Origin: Promethearchaeota archaeon
GTDB lineage: Archaea; Asgardarchaeota; Thorarchaeia; Thorarchaeales; Thorarchaeaceae
DNA length: 59,495 nucleotides
Direction: 5' to 3'
Assembly (NCBI GenBank): GCA_048939765.1
Contig: JBHLPF010000022.1
Location: 1-59,495, forward strand
In this document: one piece after another, positions 1 to 7,478 of the stretch
Layout of the letters: every line of letters starts with the position of its first letter
Numbering within the stretch: position 1 is the stretch's first letter
Program-made: the position numbers and the translations under genes
The notes under the pieces: model-generated
What the model saw: the letters and a program-made list of their open reading frames with translations, nothing else
What the model was told of the DNA's origin: nothing
Databases searched by the model: none

Positions 1-376
1 TGAAGGCTTCTCTCTGGGCAGAGGTCAAGACAGTTGCCACAGTCTGAATTACAATCTTCCGGTCCCAAGGATTGAGAGATCCGGAAACCGCAAGCAATCG
101 TTGAACAGCCTCATGGGTACCAAGAGAGGCCAAGACCTTGATTCCAGTGAACCAACACTCTTGGTCCCCACAACTAACCAAGTATTCACAAAATGAGAGC
201 AATCCAGGGTCCTTTCTTCGAGCCAGCTCAACCAGTGCTGGTTCCCTGAGCAGTAAATGCAAATCGGAGTTCTTTGCTGTGTCCCAGAGACTCTCAGCGG
301 AAGTGTTTGAAAATGGAAGAGGCGTTGGATATTGCTCTGCTTGTGAAGTAACCAGGACGAGACTATCTTCCCTCAT
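1..376 (-). CDS. Hypothetical alpha-helical (HEAT-repeat-like) protein, truncated by the left window edge; absent from the ORF track
   Basis: Hand translation from ATG at 376 stays open to the edge: MREDSLVLVTSQAEQYPTPLPF...LREPALVELARRKDPGLLSFCEYL...GIKVLASLGTHEAVQRLL... The spacing of the amphipathic helices is HEAT-like. Confidence 0.7.
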   Translation of the reverse strand, partial: MREDSLVLVTSQAEQYPTPLPFSNTSAESLWDTAKNSDLHLLLREPALVELARRKDPGLLSFCEYLVSCGDQECWFTGIKVLASLGTHEAVQRLLAVSGSLNPWDRKIVIQTVATVLTSAQREAF

Positions 377-434
377 GCTAGTCTGTTGTTCTCTCTTTCT
401 TTTAAGGTCGTAAAATCCTATATCCATAAGTAGG

Positions 435-2573
435 ATGAGTCCCAGTCAGCTAATGACAATGTCACGCAGAGCTACAGTTACATTGGAATGGTTGAGAAAA
501 GGGAGACCCCTCGACGACTCAACGATAATTGGATATCTCATGCGTGACTCTGTCAATACGGAAATCGGTGCGAAACTGAAATCCCTTGGAGGGAAGAAAG
601 GAGAAAGGAATTACAGAGATAGCCTCGTAAAATGGCAGTCCAACTTGGTGCTGATTCCCAGCCTATTCGAACGAGAGTTCAACCTTCCTGCACAAAGGGA
701 GAAGCCAATGGCATACAAGGAGATCGATGATGTTTTGAGCTGCTCACTAGTTCATCAAGAGGTTTCTAGACTTGACACTCCACTTATGCCCTCTGGCGAG
801 TCCTTGGAAGAGCAAATCAATTCATTGCTGCCTAAGTGTCTGAATAAGACCCTCAGCAAAAGAGCCAAGAAATCGGAGTATCTGTCCGAGAAGCGCGAAT
901 CGCTAGTCTATTTCCTCAGTCGAATTGCTATGGATTCCATGCCTAGCATTAGAGGATGGCCATTGGTACCAGTAGGTCTCAATAGTTTGTCAGCTGCGCT
1001 ATTCACGCTTCAATTCATTTCTCAAGCCGCACAAACTCAAATTCCATGGCTGGTGCTTATTTGGAAATATGAAATCGAGAGGTATCGAAATGAGCTATTG
1101 CTTGACCTCTTGGGGTCACTTTCGCATCAAATAACCGTGAAAGAAACAAGAGCAAAGATTGAACATATGAGTAGGGAAGTCAGGGAGGACTTGGGGGCAA
1201 GAGATCCTATCGTCGGATGGGCTCATGAATGGGAAGATCGACTCAAAGAGTTCAGTCCCAAGATGAAGCTTTTAGACTGCGAAGTAGCTGAAGAAGGAGG
1301 CCAGACCAATCCCGAATATGGTATGGGAAACGAGTCTTATGAGAATGAAATCTCGGATCTCAGGAAGAAATTGAGAGAAGAAATCCAACTAAGGATTCCT
1401 CGAAGCGGAGCTGCTCAGACACCGCAGACGCCACTTCCTCGTAGTATTTGGACTCAACTAAGCATTTCTACGGATGGTCCCCTTCCTTACATGTTCGAGG
1501 AACTCCTAAGTTCTGTCAGAGCTGAGTTGAATGTACTAGGTTTTCGACAATTGACTCAAACATGCGAATATCTATCAGATGTTGAAAAGCCGGGAAAACC
1601 AAGCGGAAGGGAAATTGCAGAAGCAGCCGATGTTGGAGCCAGATCTGCCAAAGTGAATTCGATTGGATTAACTCTCACTGAGAGATACATTCCCTCTTTG
1701 ATGGATTTGGGATTGAGATACAGATACATCTTCACAAGAATGCAGAAATCAGCATTGGACTCCCTTGGATTGGCTGAGCGAATAGCCATCTCAGAATCCA
1801 GCGCATATCAGATTGCAACAAAACATATAGAACCAACGACTTCTCATGGGCCTCAAAGTGAGGACTTGCCGGATGACTCCTTCCAGACAACTGTTGAAAC
1901 CGATATGATTTCGATGCGAATGGACTTGCTTGACGTCAAAGCTGGAAAATGGAAACAGCCGAAAGACATCTTGCTTCAAAAGGAAATCATCTCAAGTCGA
2001 GAAGCTAGGAAGACAAGGCAATGGCTCATTAGAAAGACATCACCACGAGTCAAGTCATACACCATGCCTACACAACGGGAGGTAGACCTTCTCAGTTTGA
2101 TTGGAAATGTAGACGCAAGTGCTAGAGGGATAAGGTGGCTATTCAACTCTATCAAGTTTCCATCAAGAACAGCGGAACATCTCATTGCTAGACTTCTAGG
2201 AAGCAATCGACTTAGGCTTCTCTATCATCCTTCCATAAAATATGCGGGTCTCCCAGAGGGGCTTCTTCTTGCCGCCAAATTCAGGACCGTCAAACGGCTC
2301 GATGAATTCGTTGAAGGATTGGCGGCCCTTTTTCCATTCGTGCATAGTCAATACAGCAGGACAGAGAAGAGCCTTGTTTCTCGAGTACGAATCGCTAGAT
2401 TCTCGAATCCAGAGGGTTTCATTAGAGATGAACTCCAAGAAGAGGATGCACTTAGAGTCATCGGCACAATTTCGAACAATCGAACGTACCACATGTCAGT
2501 GCTGCACAGACTGTATCAATCAAAGAATAAGCCTTGGAAAGACCCCTGGACGCATTCAGAGCCACTGCTCTAG
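435..2573 (+). CDS. Large hypothetical protein; C-terminal half resembles tandem Lrp/AsnC-type wHTH plus alpha/beta modules (putative regulator)
   Basis: 712 aa ORF. Two HTH-plus-linker segments: PSGREIAEAADVG...YIPSLMDLGLRYRYIF and FPSRTAEHLIARLLGSNRL...YHPSIKYAGLPEGLLL. The N-terminal ~340 aa are unassigned. Confidence 0.5.
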   Translation: MSPSQLMTMSRRATVTLEWLRKGRPLDDSTIIGYLMRDSVNTEIGAKLKSLGGKKGERNYRDSLVKWQSNLVLIPSLFEREFNLPAQREKPMAYKEIDDVLSCSLVHQEVSRLDTPLMPSGESLEEQINSLLPKCLNKTLSKRAKKSEYLSEKRESLVYFLSRIAMDSMPSIRGWPLVPVGLNSLSAALFTLQFISQAAQTQIPWLVLIWKYEIERYRNELLLDLLGSLSHQITVKETRAKIEHMSREVREDLGARDPIVGWAHEWEDRLKEFSPKMKLLDCEVAEEGGQTNPEYGMGNESYENEISDLRKKLREEIQLRIPRSGAAQTPQTPLPRSIWTQLSISTDGPLPYMFEELLSSVRAELNVLGFRQLTQTCEYLSDVEKPGKPSGREIAEAADVGARSAKVNSIGLTLTERYIPSLMDLGLRYRYIFTRMQKSALDSLGLAERIAISESSAYQIATKHIEPTTSHGPQSEDLPDDSFQTTVETDMISMRMDLLDVKAGKWKQPKDILLQKEIISSREARKTRQWLIRKTSPRVKSYTMPTQREVDLLSLIGNVDASARGIRWLFNSIKFPSRTAEHLIARLLGSNRLRLLYHPSIKYAGLPEGLLLAAKFRTVKRLDEFVEGLAALFPFVHSQYSRTEKSLVSRVRIARFSNPEGFIRDELQEEDALRVIGTISNNRTYHMSVLHRLYQSKNKPWKDPWTHSEPLL

Positions 2574-3548
2574 AGTCTCCTGATGAGTGCCAAATTGTTT
2601 CCACAACCTCATAAACTGAAGCTTAATCTGTTCTGCACGCTCTTCGACCATGAATATCGTCAACAACTCCATTAGCTTGGAAACTAATGGCGGATTAAGA
2701 TTGAGGATAATTCCATTTGTAGAAATGTAATTAGCCTCATCGAATGCCACTCTGCCATTCATAAACTCCCCACGTTCAATTGAGCCATAGCCTCGCGCTT
2801 TGAGCAATGATTCCAAACTCCCATGCCGCTGAAGGAGAAATATACCCTTCCTGGGGCCGATACCTTTCACTCCTTGCTTGTGAAAATCACATCCGCATAC
2901 CATAGCAAGATCCCTTAGACGCTCAATATCGAGCCCTGTGGTGTGTTCTAAATCAGCTAGTGTTGCTCTAAGTATCAGTCCTTTGGACAGCTGCAATTGC
3001 TTTGTCACATGGGGGCTACCAAATAGAAGTGCATCTGAGTCATTTGAAACAACCGTGTGTACTAGTCCGTCCCTGCATAGAGCAGCGGAAAACATCTCAG
3101 CCTCTGATGGCGCAGAGATTGCAGGCACACCTAAAACGCGGGCGAGTTCGCGTGTATGCTCCATAGCAAAGTACATTCTGAGAGAAGGGCTCTTCCTTAG
3201 TGGGTTGGCGATCTCCTCATCAAAGGGATCCCGAGTTTCTTTGAATTGCTCGTAGAAGGATTGTGCAGTGAGAATGAGTTCAGGATTTGGAGACCTCTTC
3301 ATACACTCAGGTGGACCGTCATAGACTAGGACAGGTAGCAGTGCGTTCTTCATGCACATTCTGACCAAGCTCAAAGTCATTCCTGCATGTTGAAGAGGAA
3401 TTCTACCGCTATCTCTTTTTGATGGCGGAATGACACTCACACGACGCGTTAAGTAGTTGGGCATATCTATCGCTATACTGCCAGGGGTCACTTCTTTCGC
3501 TTTGACCCAAACCCATGGGACTAGATTGCTCCAACCTGTCACACCCAT
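2556..3548 (-). CDS. FEN1/XPG-family structure-specific 5' nuclease paralogue with C-terminal PCNA-interacting (PIP) box
   Basis: Start MGVTGW at 3548 follows a GGTGA RBS. Catalytic acidic motifs IAID, VYDG, SEAE, SNDSDALLFG and GCDF; H3TH motif GVKGIGPRKG; C-terminal QETLEQWL PIP box. Confidence 0.9.
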   Translation of the reverse strand: MGVTGWSNLVPWVWVKAKEVTPGSIAIDMPNYLTRRVSVIPPSKRDSGRIPLQHAGMTLSLVRMCMKNALLPVLVYDGPPECMKRSPNPELILTAQSFYEQFKETRDPFDEEIANPLRKSPSLRMYFAMEHTRELARVLGVPAISAPSEAEMFSAALCRDGLVHTVVSNDSDALLFGSPHVTKQLQLSKGLILRATLADLEHTTGLDIERLRDLAMVCGCDFHKQGVKGIGPRKGIFLLQRHGSLESLLKARGYGSIERGEFMNGRVAFDEANYISTNGIILNLNPPLVSKLMELLTIFMVEERAEQIKLQFMRLWKQFGTHQETLEQWL

Positions 3549-3561
3549 ATATACATCACCA

Positions 3562-4287
3562 CTATCTGAAGGCCTGCAGACCATCTTTTGCTTCCATGAG
3601 AATCAGTGCCTGAGGTTCGGAAACTGCTGTACTCCGCTCGACCAAAACACGAATCAGATTCTTCCCTACGTCCAATCGATCAACTCTGACAACTGAGTCA
3701 ACAGCATGAGCAAGAACATTGCCACCAATGGGCGTGGGTCGACCTAAACTCCAGCTTCTTGAAGAATGGTCTGTCATCAGAAGATGAGCCCCAATATCAT
3801 TGACAAGCTCTCTCAAGACTTCAAGACAGTGGAAAAGCTCTCTTTGCCTTCCTGCGCTTCCTGGAGCACCTGAAAGATTCAGTACCCCCGTCAGACTATC
3901 TAGCACTATTACAGACACACAGCCCAAGTCGGGAATGGTTTTGCCAAGTTTCTCCAGGTCTGAAAGACTCAATACTCTTCCAACAACAACGCGACTGAGA
4001 ATCTTTGACACTTTGTTCTTGGAGATACACATCACTCGAGCCAATGTGGGACTGTAATTAGAACCTGAATCAATATAGACGGCATGTCCAGTATCAAGTT
4101 CAGCTGCGGCAATCGCTATGGCGTGAGCAAGCAACGTTAAGGGAGATCGCTCAGGGCCGTGAAGGAGACTCAATTGCTCCGGTACTAGAATGCCTCCGAG
4201 CAAGTCATCAAGTTGCCTCGGAGTAAGCGAGATTGTGGATTGTGTTTCGAAATCTAATGAATCAAGTGGCATTCGCAAGGGTGTCAT
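3562..4287 (-). CDS. RecA/Rad51-fold paralogue with inactivated Walker A
   Basis: LDDLLGG, degenerate P-loop HGPERSPLT (no GK), VYIDSG, Walker B VIVLDS and Rad51-type PIGGNVLAH. GGAGG RBS upstream. Confidence 0.85.
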   Translation of the reverse strand: MTPLRMPLDSLDFETQSTISLTPRQLDDLLGGILVPEQLSLLHGPERSPLTLLAHAIAIAAAELDTGHAVYIDSGSNYSPTLARVMCISKNKVSKILSRVVVGRVLSLSDLEKLGKTIPDLGCVSVIVLDSLTGVLNLSGAPGSAGRQRELFHCLEVLRELVNDIGAHLLMTDHSSRSWSLGRPTPIGGNVLAHAVDSVVRVDRLDVGKNLIRVLVERSTAVSEPQALILMEAKDGLQAFR

Positions 4288-5209
4288 TGACCTCCTTTAG
4301 GGTGGCATACCTGTGAAGTAATAGCGCATTGGCTAGTTCACCATCAGGAACTCTTTGAGAAACTAGACCGGGTGCTGCTGATTCAGGATAGATGATTCTA
4401 GGACCGGTCTTGCTTGGGAAAACAATCATGCGAGAGGGGAGGCTCCGTATCAGGTAATTGACGGCATCTTGATCAGTAGCTATGCAGTATTCAGCCATCG
4501 AAAGACCGTTTCTTTCATCAATAAGAGGGACCTTGAGTATTGCCTCCCGCAAGAGTGGTGAAACGTCACCCTTGATTATGATATTTGCTCTCAAGAGAAT
4601 ATCTCCGATCTGGGTCAAATTTACCCTCACAGAGTTTGCATCAATGAAGAGTGCGTCGCATTCATTGAAGTGAGTCAGTGAGATTGGTAGAAGCGGTCGG
4701 TCTCTCATCAGCGAGATGACCTTCTCCCGGCTTTCAGGAGTGAGCAGTACAACGTGATGTGATACATCCATGCTTATTACTGGACCGGACACTCTTGGGT
4801 CTCTGCTCAGCCGAGATATTGATGAGTCAGTAGACATCGATGCCATCCATTCTTTCAGGTTATTTGAGTCATACATCACTGAGCATCCAATAATCGTTAA
4901 TGCAGCACCTAAAAGAGAGGAAACCATCCCATAAGGCAATAGTCCAACGAATGCTACCACGGCAAGATATCCAGAGGATGCATAAGCAAGTATACCTAGA
5001 ATCGCAGAAAGTGTGTGTTTGGCGAATAGTCGTTTCAGCTGAATCAATGCCAATGTTGTGGCAACGGCAATAATCAAGGGAATGATGTTGCCGCTTCTAA
5101 AGGATATAACGACAAGTGCTACGGATGAGAGCAATTGGGCACCACCTGCCAAGGCAACAGCTCCTGCTATAGCCAATCCTATGATTTTCAGAATTCCTTT
5201 TCCAAACAA
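4262..5209 (-). CDS. Membrane protein with about 4 N-terminal TM helices and a soluble C-terminal domain, function unknown
   Basis: Four hydrophobic segments in the first ~115 aa. Likely TTG start at 5209 behind a GGAG RBS (ORF track starts at 5251). Confidence 0.75.
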   Translation of the reverse strand: MFGKGILKIIGLAIAGAVALAGGAQLLSSVALVVISFRSGNIIPLIIAVATTLALIQLKRLFAKHTLSAILGILAYASSGYLAVVAFVGLLPYGMVSSLLGAALTIIGCSVMYDSNNLKEWMASMSTDSSISRLSRDPRVSGPVISMDVSHHVVLLTPESREKVISLMRDRPLLPISLTHFNECDALFIDANSVRVNLTQIGDILLRANIIIKGDVSPLLREAILKVPLIDERNGLSMAEYCIATDQDAVNYLIRSLPSRMIVFPSKTGPRIIYPESAAPGLVSQRVPDGELANALLLHRYATLKEVNDTLANAT

Positions 5210-5874
5210 TTCGAGACCACTCCTTGCTGACGCGAAAGAAACAGTTGGCAAGCTCCGTTTTGCAGGACCTGCAGCTGCGCAATTTCGAAATTATTGCCAG
5301 ACTCTACAAAGGAAACGGAAGACGATTTGCGGGAAATATGCCTGCATACCTTGATGGTACTATCTGCCCATTTTGCTATTTCATTTGAAAACACTGGAAG
5401 ATTACCAGTTTCCGGATGGAATCTCATCTCACTAACAACAATGATGTCTATACCTCTTTCCAAGGACAATGCTCCCAAGGTTGGTAGCGCCTCCTCAATT
5501 AGCTCCTGCCCCCATAGGAGGGGATCAGTCCTAGACATGTCAAGCACCCTAGTAATGGGATCAATGACAATTAGAGACGTGTCTGGCGTTATCGCAATGG
5601 GCAGTCGTAACACGGCATCTAATGCCTGTTTGTGACCCTTTGTCATCATAACAGACACATTACTCTCCACTCCACTGAGATGCTTGATTGTTGCCTTCAG
5701 ATGAGGTATGAATCGTTTCTTTGAGTCGGCATTTATCCATTCCACGCGGGATGTCCGAGATGCATCAGCTGCGATAGCCGTCGCCAGCAGCGTTTTGCCG
5801 GAGCCTGCAGGTCCTATGACATGGATAATTCCTCCGAGCTCCAATAATGCGCGAAGGCTGTATTCACGAGTCAG
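5188..5874 (-). CDS. RadB-like short RecA-fold ATPase
   Basis: Walker A GPAGSGKT, WINAD, Walker B LIVIDP, IVVSE; no N-terminal HhH domain. Start uncertain: an in-frame CTG at 5874 lies just downstream of GGAGG, while the ORF track gives 5958. Confidence 0.8.
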   Translation of the reverse strand: MTREYSLRALLELGGIIHVIGPAGSGKTLLATAIAADASRTSRVEWINADSKKRFIPHLKATIKHLSGVESNVSVMMTKGHKQALDAVLRLPIAITPDTSLIVIDPITRVLDMSRTDPLLWGQELIEEALPTLGALSLERGIDIIVVSEMRFHPETGNLPVFSNEIAKWADSTIKVCRHISRKSSSVSFVESGNNFEIAQLQVLQNGACQLFLSRQQGVVSNCLEKEF

Positions 5875-7477
5875 AAGAGCTACCCTCCTCGAAGTCGCCC
5901 TGAGAAGATTGAACAAGATTTGTTGGCTCCTTACTTGCTGTGCTCGCAGCAACAACATCAGCCCCAGTGCGAATCTCTTCCTGAAACGCAGATTCGCCTA
6001 TTGTTACAGCGTTTATTACTGGGATTTCAACACCTTGAGATTTCATTGATGAGTGTAACATTGCATCAAGGAGATTTTGATCGAGCTCCTCATTCATCGA
6101 TGAATCGACTTTTTCAGCTCTTTCGGTGTTAGATGTTTCCGATGGAGGTTTTGTGTCAATCTCGTCAGGTTCAGCTAATGATCTGTCAATGGCATCAATC
6201 GTTCTCTTCATTGCTCTATTGTTGATCTTGTCATCAATCGTATCCTTGATATCAGGTCGAAGAGCTCCAGCGTTGTACAGTGCGTAGCTCAGATTGCCTA
6301 CATGTTCTATCATATCCTCGAAACTGAGAGGGGATGTGATATGAGCCGTAAGCGCAACATATGATAATGCTAATGATTCCTTTTCCACTTCAACTCCAAG
6401 AGCATCAAATAGACCTAGGAATCTTGATAGACCTTCATCTCCAACTCTTGGCGAATTCCCTTCCTCATTCCTGAGTGGAGCCAATCTTACGCATTCATCC
6501 AGAATGACACAAGCTGTTGCAATAGATTCTTGTAAGGCGCCAGCTTCGATAGTGTTTGCAAGATTTGCCAGTAGAGGGGATACAACAAAGCTGATGTCGC
6601 CTAATATTCGAAGATTGTCCTCGTTGGACTCTATGGACTGGTGAAGTCTTGTGGTGTCCCCAAGGGTTGAAAGAACCGCCTCTTCATTTCGCAAACACTT
6701 CTCAAATTCTCTCAAGTTGCCCTTGGAGCTTGAAAGCAGCCAGAGACCTGTTAGTAGTGACACCACCACCGTTATGAATGATAGGAGAGTTGAGCCAGAT
6801 TCAGAGAGCAAGATAATAGCTGTCGAGCCAACACCAATTGTACAAGCAGTCAAAGCCAATACTCCGGCCCATCCTCTCTTTATGCTGCGCTCCAACCAAT
6901 ACCACTTCTTCTGGCCGACCGCATGCTTGAGTTCAGGTAAGGATGATCGTGCATCACTTCTTCTTGCAAGGGCGAATTCCTCAATGGTCACTACTCTTCC
7001 TGAGTCAGTTAGCCAAGACAGATCCATTGAGGGCTTCACAGTCCTAGTCACAACATAGACCGTCCTCGTTGGATGAATCAACGAGACCTTCCTGCCTTTG
7101 CTTCCTCGTAGCATGAGCAGTGACACAGAATCCATAGGAGTTTTCAACTCCCTTCGTTCAAGATAGTCTCCTAATCCAACGTCATGCAAGACAGTTTCTA
7201 ACCCTCGATTGACACTCTCCAAAAGCGCGGCTCTCATGGCCAAGCCACTTTTGCCGAAACGGGCTGTCCTCAGGTCCAGAACGTAAACCAATTCTACATG
7301 GACACCTCGTGTTCCAGGGATGGGTTCCAAGTGTACAGCACTAATTAGTCCGTTTGGATACTCACATGTAAAATGGCCTGAAGCTCTGAGTACATCAATA
7401 AGATCACCACTTGGTCGTTCAGTTTCATTCCCAATACCTGCATTGGGTCGTGTGTTTTCGCGACTTGATATTGCCAC
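5864..7477 (-). CDS. Membrane-anchored protein (central TM hairpin, helical domain, acidic tail), function unknown
   Basis: 537 aa with two hydrophobic helices around aa 203-250 and an acidic low-complexity C-terminus. GTG start after GGAGGTG. Confidence 0.75.
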   Translation of the reverse strand: MAISSRENTRPNAGIGNETERPSGDLIDVLRASGHFTCEYPNGLISAVHLEPIPGTRGVHVELVYVLDLRTARFGKSGLAMRAALLESVNRGLETVLHDVGLGDYLERRELKTPMDSVSLLMLRGSKGRKVSLIHPTRTVYVVTRTVKPSMDLSWLTDSGRVVTIEEFALARRSDARSSLPELKHAVGQKKWYWLERSIKRGWAGVLALTACTIGVGSTAIILLSESGSTLLSFITVVVSLLTGLWLLSSSKGNLREFEKCLRNEEAVLSTLGDTTRLHQSIESNEDNLRILGDISFVVSPLLANLANTIEAGALQESIATACVILDECVRLAPLRNEEGNSPRVGDEGLSRFLGLFDALGVEVEKESLALSYVALTAHITSPLSFEDMIEHVGNLSYALYNAGALRPDIKDTIDDKINNRAMKRTIDAIDRSLAEPDEIDTKPPSETSNTERAEKVDSSMNEELDQNLLDAMLHSSMKSQGVEIPVINAVTIGESAFQEEIRTGADVVAASTASKEPTNLVQSSQGDFEEGSSSDS

Positions 7478-7478
7478 C

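Noticed and set aside
49-413. ORF-track entries 49-231 (-) and 138-413 (+)
   Set aside because: They are shadows of a longer minus-strand frame that starts at 376 and runs off the window.
5875-5958. N-terminal extension of the RadB-like ORF
   Set aside because: It would overlap the upstream gene by 95 nt, whereas an RBS-preceded CTG at 5874 fits the operon's coupling pattern. The start remains uncertain.
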